A stretch of 64,000 nt of DNA from NCBI GenBank assembly GCA_046290225.1, contig JBKAGE010000076.1:48775-112774 (forward strand), in the 5' to 3' direction. Under the pieces are notes generated by a model. That model did not search any database and was not told the origin of the DNA. It worked only from the letters and a program-made list of their open reading frames with translations. Both the position numbers and the translations under genes were made by a program. Positions 29,144 through 38,352 of the stretch are shown in pieces (position 1 is the first letter of the stretch; each line of letters starts with the position of its first letter). This stretch comes from Bradymonadia bacterium (lineage in GTDB: Bacteria; Myxococcota_A; Bradymonadia; UBA7976; UBA1532).

Positions 29144-31267
29144 ATGCGCTCGCACATCGCCCTGCTCGCCCTGTTGTTGCTCCCCGCCTGTGAGACCACG
29201 GGCCCCGAGGCCACCTCTGGCCCCGCCGTCGAAGGTCGAGCCTCGGCCATCGTCGGCGGCCGCGCCGAGGGCGGATGGTCCGGCGTGGGCGCGCTGACCT
29301 ACGACTCCCGGAACACCGGCTACACCGGTTCGTTCTGTACCGGGGCCCTCATCGATCGCCGCTGGGTGCTCACCGCCGCCCACTGCATCCGAGGCCTACA
29401 GGATGACGGCCGTCAGGTGACGCCGGCGAACGTCTACTTCTACATGGGCCCCGACGCCCGCCCTACGTTCCGGGGGCCGCCGAACAACGGTACGTTCTAC
29501 CCTGTGCAGGAGATCCACCTGCACCCGGGCTACAACGACGACGATTACGTGGCCCTCTACGACATCGCCCTCTTGGAGCTGTCGCAAAACGCCAGCGAGG
29601 CGGTCTACCCATACTTCGAGGGTGATCTGGCCCCCTACGTGGGCGACGACTTGTTCTATGTGGGCTACGGCGTGTCCGACGGCGTGAGCCAGGAAGGCGG
29701 CGGGGTCAAGCGATCCACCTTCCTCACGCTGAGCAGCGTGTCCTCTGGGGCCTTCGTCACCGATCACGGCAACTCCGGGGTGTGTCAGGGCGACTCTGGC
29801 GGCCCGGCCTTTCTGCAGGTCGACGGCCGCTATCACATCATCGGGGTGAACAACAGCGTGGCAGGCTCACCGGCCTGTCTGGGTGTCTCGGTGCAGATCC
29901 AGACCGCCACCTACGCCCACTGGATCCAACGCACGATGGGCGCCGTGGGGGCCTGCGGAGCCAACACCTGCAGCTGCCCCGAAGCCTGCGTCGATGGCGC
30001 CTGCGACGAGCTGCGGTGCAACGCCGACGCCTGCGGCTCGATCTTCAACTGCTTCAACAGCTGTCAGGGCGATGGCTGCGAGTTCGGCTGCTATGCCGAA
30101 GGATCCCCCGAGGGCCGTGCCACCTTCGACACCGCCATCCAGTGCATGACCAACAACTGCGCCAACGCCGCGGACTACCAGGCCTGCGTACAGCAGCGCT
30201 GTGGCGAGGAGATCGACGCCTGCTTCGACGCTGGCCCCCCACCCCCACCCGGCGACGGGGATTGCGAGACGCTGCTCAACTGCGCCAACAGCTGCGGCAA
30301 CGCCGAGTGCCAGCAGCAGTGCTACGCCAACGGCTCTGCCCAGGCTCGAGAAGACTACGAGACGCTGATCAACTGCGTCTTCGAGCGCTGCGAGGGTCTG
30401 GAGGGCGACGCGTTCAATGACTGCGCCTACGACCGCTGCGGCAACCTCTGGGCGACGTGTATCCCCGGCGACGAGTGTGCGGTGACAGGTGGCGACTGCG
30501 GCGCCGGCGCAGCCTGCCTGCCCGGCCCCTGGCCGGCGACTTACTGCGAGCCCTCGAACGACCGGGAGGCGGGCCAGCTGTGCAACCCCCAGGTGGTGGA
30601 CTGCGCCGACGGCCTCATCTGCGCGGATCAAGGCTTTGGCACCCGCTGCGAGACGATTTGTACCGACGCCGCCCAATGTGAGGGCACCGGAGCGGAGTGC
30701 CGCCTGTTCGGGAACACCTCGGTCACCATGGGGGTGTGCAGCTGCGAGGACGCTGATCGAGACGGCGCCTGCGACACTGTGGATTGCGACGACAACAGCG
30801 CCCGCCGCCGCCCCGGTGCCGTAGAAACCTGCGACGACATCGACAACGACTGCGACGACGCGGTCGACGAGATGTGCGGGGAGTGCGAGCCCGAGGAGGA
30901 GGTCTGCGACGACGTCGACAATGACTGTGACGGTCAGGTGGACGAGGGCTGCAATGCTGGCGGTGCCGGCGGTGGTATGGGCGGCGCTGGCGGCGCCCCC
31001 GCGGGTGGCGCTGGTGGTGAGCCTGCAGGGGGTGCCGGTGGCGCCCCTGTTGCCGGTGCCGGCGGTGAAGCGGGCGCAGGCGGTCTCGCCCCTGGTGGCG
31101 CCGGTGGATCAGGTGGCGCTCAGCCCCCTCCGACGGTGAACCGCGTCAGCAGCGGCGGTGACGGCGGCGGATGCGACACCACGGGGGGTGGCGCTTTGAG
31201 TGTGTGGTGGCTGTTGATGCTGGCCCCCCTCGTGCGCCGCCGCCGTGGTGATGTGATCGCTGGATGA
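29144..31267 (+). CDS. Trypsin-like (S1) protease lipoprotein with Cys-rich repeats and MYXO-CTERM-like tail
   Basis: LLPAC lipobox, IVGG, LTAAHC, DIALL, GDSGGP; DNDCDxxVDE repeats; Gly-rich linker; GC..WWLLMLAPLVRRRR tail. Confidence 0.9.
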   Translation: MRSHIALLALLLLPACETTGPEATSGPAVEGRASAIVGGRAEGGWSGVGALTYDSRNTGYTGSFCTGALIDRRWVLTAAHCIRGLQDDGRQVTPANVYFYMGPDARPTFRGPPNNGTFYPVQEIHLHPGYNDDDYVALYDIALLELSQNASEAVYPYFEGDLAPYVGDDLFYVGYGVSDGVSQEGGGVKRSTFLTLSSVSSGAFVTDHGNSGVCQGDSGGPAFLQVDGRYHIIGVNNSVAGSPACLGVSVQIQTATYAHWIQRTMGAVGACGANTCSCPEACVDGACDELRCNADACGSIFNCFNSCQGDGCEFGCYAEGSPEGRATFDTAIQCMTNNCANAADYQACVQQRCGEEIDACFDAGPPPPPGDGDCETLLNCANSCGNAECQQQCYANGSAQAREDYETLINCVFERCEGLEGDAFNDCAYDRCGNLWATCIPGDECAVTGGDCGAGAACLPGPWPATYCEPSNDREAGQLCNPQVVDCADGLICADQGFGTRCETICTDAAQCEGTGAECRLFGNTSVTMGVCSCEDADRDGACDTVDCDDNSARRRPGAVETCDDIDNDCDDAVDEMCGECEPEEEVCDDVDNDCDGQVDEGCNAGGAGGGMGGAGGAPAGGAGGEPAGGAGGAPVAGAGGEAGAGGLAPGGAGGSGGAQPPPTVNRVSSGGDGGGCDTTGGGALSVWWLLMLAPLVRRRRGDVIAG

Positions 31268-31277
31268 TCGGCCCATC

Positions 31278-33260
31278 ATGTGCATAAAAGGGCCCCATCG
31301 AATCCATCGGAGCCCTTCAGTGCGTCTTCTAACCCCTCTCCTGCTCACGCTGATCTGCGCGTGTGATCCCGGCCCCTCCAGCGATACGCCGAGCCCGGCC
31401 ACTGGCCAGAGCCAGCAGAGCATCGTCAACGGCGAGCGAGAGGCCGGGTGGGCCAGCGTCGGCGCCCTCACCCTCGACAGCCCGCTCACGGGCTACGTGG
31501 GCTCGTTCTGTACCGGCACCCTCATCGACGAGCGCTGGGTGCTCACCGCCGCTCACTGCCTCGCCAACGACGAGCTGGGGCGCCCCCTGGAGCCTGAAGA
31601 GGTCTTCTTCTACATCGGTGAAGACGCACGCCCCACCATCAACGGGCGCCCTGAAGGCAGGTTCCTACCCGTACGGCGCATCTACAACCACCAGGGCTTC
31701 ACCGAAGATGATCTGATCGCCGTCTACGACATCGCGCTGCTCGAGCTCGCCGAGCCCGCCGACGGCCTCGAGCCCATCCCCTTCAACACCGATGATCTCG
31801 GGCCGTATGTGGGGCAATCTGTACTCTACGTGGGCTTTGGCGTCTCAGATCCGGAGACCCTCGAGGGCGGCGGCGTGAAGCGGTCGACCAACCTGCTCAT
31901 GTCGGGCGCATATGAAGGCGCTTACACCACGGTGCACCAGGGCAGCGGGGTCTGCTTCGGTGACTCTGGCGGCCCGGGGCTGATGCAGATCGACGGCGAG
32001 TGGCGGGTCATCGGGGTGAACAACAGCGTGAGTGGTGAGCCCCTGTGTTTGTCGGGCTCAGTGCAGATCCGGTCGGACAGCTACACGCACTGGATCAGGC
32101 ACACCATGGGCCTGGTGCCCGACTGCGGCCCCGACACCTGCGGCTGTGACGTTGCTTGCCTACCCGACGGCACCTGTGACGAGCAGCGCTGCATCGAGGG
32201 CCTCACCTGCATCGACATGTTCTTCTGCCTCGCCGAGTGTGTGGAGAGCGACTGCCTGACCCGATGCTACCTCGAGGGCCCCCTCGGCGCCCGGGCGGCC
32301 TTCGACGCCACCCTGGTGTGCATCGTGGAAGAGTGCAACGGCGAGTGGATCGAGTCGCCCTGCGCCCAGGCGCAGTGTGCTGAAGAACTCGCGCTGTGCG
32401 AAGACGATGATCCTGAGCCGCCGCCTCCACCCCCGCCGCCTCCGCCCGTCGATTTGACCTGTGACGAGGTCCGGCAATGCATCGACAACTGCGGCGACGT
32501 GACCTGCCAACGGGCCTGCTTCGAGGACGGCACGGACATCGCCCAGAGCCAGTACGGCGATCTGATGGTGTGCATCGAAGAGCGCTGTGGCGCGCTGAGC
32601 GGTCAGGTGCCGGCGTTCAACGCGTGCGCCTACACCGAGTGCGCTGAAGCCTGGGTGCTCTGTGTACCCCCGGACGCATGTGAGATCACCGGCGGCAGCT
32701 GTCCGCCGGAGACGGCCTGTGTCGCCGCCGACTGGCCTGCGACGTACTGTGAGCCTTCCGAGGGCCTGGTTCGCACCCGGCAATGTGATCCCGGGCTGGT
32801 GCAATGCGCTGATGGGCTGTCCTGCTTCGATCTCGGCGACGGCGACCGCTGCCACCCCACCTGCCTCGATGACGTCGACTGCGCTGAGGACGAGGTGTGC
32901 CGCCCTCTGGAAGAGGCCTCCATCGAGATGGGGGTGTGCGGCTGCCGCGACGACGACGGGGATGGGGTCTGCGCGGTGGATGACTGTAACGATGCTGATC
33001 CGCTTCGGAACCCCGAGGTCACCGAGCGCTGTGGTGACGGTGTGGACAACAACTGCAACGGCCTCGTGGACGAGGGCTGTGAGATGCAGCAGCCGGATGC
33101 GGATGGCGGCCTGGGCGGAGACCCTCCGACTTCGCCACAGCCCCTGACGACTGCGCTCCGAGGGCCTAGCGGTCGCGGTGGCTGCAGTCAGAGTGGCGGC
33201 ATGGGTTATGGGTGGTGGGTGATTCTGCTCGTCGGTTGGGTGCGTCGCCGCAGAGTTTGA
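31278..33260 (+). CDS. Trypsin-like (S1) protease lipoprotein, paralog of the upstream gene
   Basis: IVNG, LTAAHC, DIALL, GDSGGP; same Cys-rich layout; GC..WWVILLVGWVRRRRV tail. Confidence 0.9.
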   Translation: MCIKGPHRIHRSPSVRLLTPLLLTLICACDPGPSSDTPSPATGQSQQSIVNGEREAGWASVGALTLDSPLTGYVGSFCTGTLIDERWVLTAAHCLANDELGRPLEPEEVFFYIGEDARPTINGRPEGRFLPVRRIYNHQGFTEDDLIAVYDIALLELAEPADGLEPIPFNTDDLGPYVGQSVLYVGFGVSDPETLEGGGVKRSTNLLMSGAYEGAYTTVHQGSGVCFGDSGGPGLMQIDGEWRVIGVNNSVSGEPLCLSGSVQIRSDSYTHWIRHTMGLVPDCGPDTCGCDVACLPDGTCDEQRCIEGLTCIDMFFCLAECVESDCLTRCYLEGPLGARAAFDATLVCIVEECNGEWIESPCAQAQCAEELALCEDDDPEPPPPPPPPPPVDLTCDEVRQCIDNCGDVTCQRACFEDGTDIAQSQYGDLMVCIEERCGALSGQVPAFNACAYTECAEAWVLCVPPDACEITGGSCPPETACVAADWPATYCEPSEGLVRTRQCDPGLVQCADGLSCFDLGDGDRCHPTCLDDVDCAEDEVCRPLEEASIEMGVCGCRDDDGDGVCAVDDCNDADPLRNPEVTERCGDGVDNNCNGLVDEGCEMQQPDADGGLGGDPPTSPQPLTTALRGPSGRGGCSQSGGMGYGWWVILLVGWVRRRRV

Positions 33261-33302
33261 GCGTCGGGCTGCTCAGCCTTACTGGGGCGATGACGAAGGC
33301 CA

Positions 33303-33800
33303 GGGCTGGGGCCTTTGTAGGCAGTCGTCGCTTCGCTCCGCCTGCGTAGGCAGCTTTATCGGCCGGCCTGCGGCCCGCCTTGGAGCTGCGTACACGTCGG
33401 CACACTCGCTGGCGCGAGCAGGCCTCCGGGTAGGCAGGGTCGCTCAAGGCTTCGCCTTATTCGCTCGCTCCCCTGCGTAAAGAGTCAGTTCTGGTGTGGC
33501 TTTGAGGGCACCCCCAATGCTGTTGGGGCTTTCGCCGAGCGTTGGGACTCAGGAGCTTGCAGGTTCGCGGTAGGTCGAATCCCGGCGGGGCTCAGCAACA
33601 AGATACAGAAGAAACTCTTTACGCAGGGGAGCGAGCAATCAATGCGCTAGCATTGAGCGACCCTGCCTACCCGGGAAGGTGCCTGCGTCAGCAGGTGCCT
33701 GAACGTGTACGCGCCAGACGAGGTTGCCCGAAGGGCGACCGAAGGCCCGGCGCCTACGCAGGCGGAGCGAAGCGACGACTGCCTACAAAGGCCCCAGCCC
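33303..33800. repeat. Inverted pair of ~185-bp structured repeats built from GTAG-type REP-like units
   Basis: 33303-33350 is the exact reverse complement of 33753-33800; inner blocks CCGGGTAGGCAGGGTCGCTCAA and GCTCGCTCCCCTGCGTAAAGAGT are also mirrored; each arm has two GTAGGCAG...CTGCGTA units. Confidence 0.85.
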
Positions 33801-33849
33801 CGACCTCCGATATCGCAACTTACACCTCTTGATTGCGTCACCCTCGCTC

Positions 33850-33881
33850 AAATACCCTCAGTATGTAAAAAACTGAGAGTA
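33850..33881. promoter_or_regulatory. Putative TetR-family operator
   Basis: ATAC-CCTCA-GTAT palindrome and TACCCTCAGT..ACTGAGAGTA inverted repeat just upstream of the oxidoreductase-TetR operon. Confidence 0.5.
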
Positions 33882-33888
33882 CGCCCCC

Positions 33889-36033
33889 ATGCCCACTCAT
33901 TTCACCGCGTGCCCCTTGTGCGAGGCCGGATGTGGCCTCGCAATCGAGACAGTCGACGGCGTGCCCACACAGGTCAGGCCCGATCACGACGATCCCTTCT
34001 CGCAAGGCTATGTCTGCCCCAAGGGCATGGCGCTCCTGAGCCTCGACCAGGATCCAGATCGCCTCACCGGCCCAGTCAAAAAACAGCCTGATGGTAGCTT
34101 CGAGCCCATCAGCTGGGCCGAGGCCTATGACGAGGTCGGCGAGAAGCTCACCGCAGTGCAGAAAGCCCATGGGCGAGACGCTGTGGCCCTCTACATGGGC
34201 ACCGTCGCAGTGCACAAGTACAGCACCGTGCTGATGCGCAACGCCTTGCTCAAAGCCCTCGGCACCCGGAACTCCACCAGCGCCGGCTCCCAGGACACCA
34301 GCACCCGATTCACAGCCTCGTACTTCTTGTATGGCAGCTGCCTCGCAGTGCCCGTACCCGACATCGATCGCACCGACTTTCTGCTGTGCCTCGGGGGCAA
34401 CCCCGTCGTGTCCAACGGCAGCATGATGACCGCCCCCAACGTCAAACAGCGGCTCAAGGGCATCCGCGAGCGGGGCGGGCAGATCGTCGTCGTCGATCCG
34501 CGGCGGAGCGAGACCGCGCGAATCGCCGACGAGCACATCTTCATTCGGCCGGGCACTGACGCTGCGCTGGTCTTGTCCATGGTGCACGTGCTCGACGCCG
34601 CGGGACGCATTCAGCGCGATCAGCTCGACGCCATCTCACGTGGGTTCGACGACGTACAATCGTTGCTGGCCCCATTCACGCCAGAAGCCGTCGCCTCCTT
34701 CACTGGCGTGCCTGCGGAGACCATCACCCGGCTCGCCCACGCCTTCGCCGACGCACCCACAGCGGTCATTTATGGTCGAATGGGTCCCGCCAACGCCCGC
34801 CATGGCACCCTCACCAGCTTCGCCATCGATCTGCTCAACATCGTCACTGGCAGGCTCGGCGCCGTGGGTGGATCGATGTTCCCCACCCCAGCAGTCGACG
34901 CCAGCCGCCTCGCCCGGCAGATCGGTGCCGACGGATACGACCGCTTCCGCAGCCGGGTGCGCGGCTTGCCCGAGATCTTGCTCGACCTGCCCGCCACCAC
35001 CCTCGCTGAAGAGATGGAGACCCACGGTGAGGGGCAGGTGAAGGCCTTCGTGACCTGCGCCGGCAACCCCGTGCTCAGCGTGCCCAACGGCCGGCGACTC
35101 GACCGGGCCCTCGAAGGCCTCGACTTCATGGTGTCCATCGACATCTACATCAACGAGACCACTCGGCACGCCGACATCATCCTGCCGCCGTGCTCCAGCC
35201 TCGCCGAAGATCACCTCGGGCTCTTCTTCGCCAACATGAACGTGCGGAACAACGCCCGCTGGGCCACGGCCATGATCGAGGCAGAGGGCCCCGCAGATTG
35301 GGAGATCATGTTGGAGATCGCCCGGCGGCTCGGTGGCGGCCCCACGGGCATGAAGCCCGTGGATCTGCTCACGCGCCTGCTGCGCCTCGAGATCACCCCT
35401 GCCACCATCGCCGATCTGTCGATGCGCATCGGGCCGTACGGCGATAAATTCATGCCTTGGAGCAAGGGGCTGTCGCGCAAGAAACTGCAGCGCGAGACCC
35501 ACGGTGTCGATCTGGGACCGCTGAAGCCTGGGATCAAGCACCGCCTGTATCATCGCGGCGGCAAAGTGAAGCTGTCGCACCCACAGCTGACAGAAGCGAT
35601 GCACGCCCTCGCCAGAGAGTTAGGTGAAGTCGACCACGAAGGCTTGCTGCTCATCGGTCGCCGGGAGCTGCGCTCCAACAACTCGTGGATGCACAACCTG
35701 CCGAGCCTCGTCTCGGGCAAGGCCCGGTGTCTGCTCTACGTACACCCTGACGACGCCGCCGCCCGGGGTTTGAATGACGGCGACACGGCGTGTATGGAGA
35801 GCGCGGTGCACCGCGGCGAGCTCACGGTGCACGTCACCGACGAGGTCTGCCCCGGCGTCGTGAGCCTACCCCACGGGTATGGTCATGGTCGCGCCAGGGC
35901 AACGCTGTCGGTGGCCGGGGCCCACGCCGGGGTCTCGGCGAACGATTGGACCGATGATCAGACCGTGGAGACCATCGTGGGGCAGTCCATCCTCAACGGG
36001 GTCCCGGTAGAGCTGTCGGCGGTGGAGGGCTGA
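33889..36033 (+). CDS. Molybdopterin-dependent oxidoreductase
   Basis: CPLCEAGCG..CPKG Fe-S motif, GNPVVSNG, DPRRSETA, NETTRHADIILP, SNNSWMHN, VHPDDA. Confidence 0.93.
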   Translation: MPTHFTACPLCEAGCGLAIETVDGVPTQVRPDHDDPFSQGYVCPKGMALLSLDQDPDRLTGPVKKQPDGSFEPISWAEAYDEVGEKLTAVQKAHGRDAVALYMGTVAVHKYSTVLMRNALLKALGTRNSTSAGSQDTSTRFTASYFLYGSCLAVPVPDIDRTDFLLCLGGNPVVSNGSMMTAPNVKQRLKGIRERGGQIVVVDPRRSETARIADEHIFIRPGTDAALVLSMVHVLDAAGRIQRDQLDAISRGFDDVQSLLAPFTPEAVASFTGVPAETITRLAHAFADAPTAVIYGRMGPANARHGTLTSFAIDLLNIVTGRLGAVGGSMFPTPAVDASRLARQIGADGYDRFRSRVRGLPEILLDLPATTLAEEMETHGEGQVKAFVTCAGNPVLSVPNGRRLDRALEGLDFMVSIDIYINETTRHADIILPPCSSLAEDHLGLFFANMNVRNNARWATAMIEAEGPADWEIMLEIARRLGGGPTGMKPVDLLTRLLRLEITPATIADLSMRIGPYGDKFMPWSKGLSRKKLQRETHGVDLGPLKPGIKHRLYHRGGKVKLSHPQLTEAMHALARELGEVDHEGLLLIGRRELRSNNSWMHNLPSLVSGKARCLLYVHPDDAAARGLNDGDTACMESAVHRGELTVHVTDEVCPGVVSLPHGYGHGRARATLSVAGAHAGVSANDWTDDQTVETIVGQSILNGVPVELSAVEG

Positions 36034-36034
36034 G

Positions 36035-36628
36035 TTGGCCACGAAGAAGCGCCTGCGCGATCAACACGCCGAGGCCACCCGAGAGGCGGTGCTCGCCAGC
36101 GCCAGAGACGCCTTCACCGAGGGCGGCTACGTCAAGACCTCCCTCGACGTAATCGCCGCCCGAGCGGGGGTGACCAAGGGGGCCATCTATCACCACTTTC
36201 GCAATAAAGTAGAGGTCTTCGAGGCAGTCTACACCGCCATCGCCGGCGAGCTCGCCCAGGCCCTGCGGGCCCACATCGCCCCTTTGGAAACCCCAGCGGA
36301 GCGTTTTCAGGCGGCGATGGATCTGATGATCGAGCACGCCGACGACCCGGCCTGCAGAGTGATTTTGTTCCGCGACGGCCCCGTGGCGCTCTCCGATCGT
36401 TATCGCGCCATCGACGACCGCCACTTTCTCGGCCTGCTCAAAGAGGAATTGTCGGCATTGCAGGCACAGGGTGCCCTCGAAGACACCAACATTCAGGTGC
36501 TCGGGCCGATGCTGCTCAGCGCCATGATCGAAGGGGCCACCCTACTGGGCAAAGCAGAGGATCTGGCTCAGGCTCGGCGAGATGTGCGTGAGGCTTTGAG
36601 GCGTTTGCTTGTCGGTGTGGTGGGCTGA
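36035..36628 (+). CDS. TetR/AcrR family transcriptional regulator
   Basis: HTH TSLDVIAARAGVTKGAIYHHFRNK. Confidence 0.93.
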   Translation: MATKKRLRDQHAEATREAVLASARDAFTEGGYVKTSLDVIAARAGVTKGAIYHHFRNKVEVFEAVYTAIAGELAQALRAHIAPLETPAERFQAAMDLMIEHADDPACRVILFRDGPVALSDRYRAIDDRHFLGLLKEELSALQAQGALEDTNIQVLGPMLLSAMIEGATLLGKAEDLAQARRDVREALRRLLVGVVG

Positions 36629-36635
36629 AGGCAGT

Positions 36636-38165
36636 TCAGCTGCGCAGCTCGCGCTTGAGGATCTTCCCTGTGGGGCCCTTGGGCAGAGCGTCGAGGAATT
36701 CGACGATGCGGGGGTACTTGTACGCCGCCAGGTGCTCTTTGCAGTACGCGATGATGTCTTCGGCGCTCGCGGCCTGATCGGCTTTGAGGGCCAGCACCGC
36801 CTTCACCTCTTCGCCGTGGCTCTCGTGGGCCACACCGATGACCGCCGCCTCGGCGACAGCAGGGTGACCGTAGAGCACCTCTTCGATCTCTCGGGGATAC
36901 ACGTTGAAGCCACCGCGGATGATCATGTCCTTCTTGCGGTCGACGATGAAGTAGTAGCCGTCGTCGTCGCGGATCGCGATGTCGCCGGTGTGGAACCAGC
37001 CATCCACGATGGTGGTGGCGTTCACCTCGGGGCGCTTGTAGTACCCCTTCATCACGTTGTGACCCTTGATGCAGATCTCACCGGGGGTGTCCGAGTCGGT
37101 GATGACATTGCCCTCGGCGTCTTCCAGCCGGAACTCCACGCCCCAGAGCGGCAGGCCCACACTGCCGGCCTTCTTGGGACGATCGAGCACGTTGAAGCTG
37201 GCCACGGGGCTGGTCTCAGAGAGGCCGTAGCCCTCGAGGATGTTCACCCCGTACTTCTCGTCGAAGGCCTTCATCACCTCCACGGGCATCGCTGAGCCGC
37301 CGGAGACACAGAACTCGAGGCTGCCGAGATCGTAGTTGCTCGCCTCGGGGTGGTGCAGCAGAGCGAAGTACATCGTGGGCACGCCGCCGAAGAGGTTCAC
37401 CTTGTGGCCCTGGATCAAGCCCATGGCTTGGGTGGGATCGAACCGGGGCAGCATCACCACCGTGCCGCCAGCCATGAGCACGGCGTTGTGCATCACCGTC
37501 TGGCCAAAGCTGTGGAACAGCGGCAGCGTGGCCAGGGCCGTGGCGTTGTCACCGAGGCCCAGCAGGCGATCTTTCACGTACTGGGCGTTGTAGAACATGT
37601 TGAAGTGGGTGAGCTCTGCACCCTTGGGCCGACCGGTGGTGCCCGAGGTGTACAAAATCACCGCAGTGTCGTCGGGCATGGTGGCGGGCAGATCGGTCAC
37701 CGGATCGCTGCCGCCGATGAGGGCGGTCATGCTCACCGCGCCTTCTGGGGCGGTGACGTCGGTGGGGTTGGCCTTGGCCACGATCAGATGCTTGCAGGTC
37801 TCCACCCGCTCGAAGGCCGCCTGGGCCTGCTCGAAGAAGCCTTCCCAGACCACCAGAGCCACAGCGTCGGCGTCCTCGAGGTGGTAGGCGATCTCGTCTG
37901 CGGTGAGCAGCACGTTGAGAGGGATGATCGGGTTCCCGTGATGGTGGGATCCGAAGTACGCCAGGGTGAAGTGAGGCACATTGGGCAGCATGAGGGCCAC
38001 GTGCTGACCAGCCTTGATCCCCAAGCCCTCGAGCCCGCCGGCAAATCGCTGAACGTAACCGTATACCTGGGCATAGCTCAGGCTGGCTTCGCCGAGGACG
38101 ATGGCGGGCTTCTCGGGGTGGGCGCGGGCGCTCTCGCGCAGGATCATGGCCAGGTTCAGACTCAT
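36636..38165 (-). CDS. Long-chain fatty acid-CoA ligase
   Basis: YTSGTTGRPKG, EGYGLSETSP, HTGD, DRKKDMIIRGG, LPKGPTGKILK; start at MSLNL after GGAG. Confidence 0.93.
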   Translation of the reverse strand: MSLNLAMILRESARAHPEKPAIVLGEASLSYAQVYGYVQRFAGGLEGLGIKAGQHVALMLPNVPHFTLAYFGSHHHGNPIIPLNVLLTADEIAYHLEDADAVALVVWEGFFEQAQAAFERVETCKHLIVAKANPTDVTAPEGAVSMTALIGGSDPVTDLPATMPDDTAVILYTSGTTGRPKGAELTHFNMFYNAQYVKDRLLGLGDNATALATLPLFHSFGQTVMHNAVLMAGGTVVMLPRFDPTQAMGLIQGHKVNLFGGVPTMYFALLHHPEASNYDLGSLEFCVSGGSAMPVEVMKAFDEKYGVNILEGYGLSETSPVASFNVLDRPKKAGSVGLPLWGVEFRLEDAEGNVITDSDTPGEICIKGHNVMKGYYKRPEVNATTIVDGWFHTGDIAIRDDDGYYFIVDRKKDMIIRGGFNVYPREIEEVLYGHPAVAEAAVIGVAHESHGEEVKAVLALKADQAASAEDIIAYCKEHLAAYKYPRIVEFLDALPKGPTGKILKRELRS

Positions 38166-38352
38166 GGCGTCTCCGGTGCTCTTGAGGTGAATGGAGGCGT
38201 CAGTGTGCCCGCTTCCCAGGGAGATGGCAGGGGTTTTCGTGGGCAAGGACACAAGATCACGGGTGTTTTGCGACTTAACTCAGCCCTTCTTCCCATCATC
38301 GCGAGGGGTTGTGTACCGTGGTGCTGCGTTGCACCATGAACGGAGCGGTGAT

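Noticed and set aside
33166..33832. Two short ORFs sharing AYAGGAKRRLPTKAPA
   Set aside because: The similarity arises from the inverted DNA repeat; there is no coding evidence.
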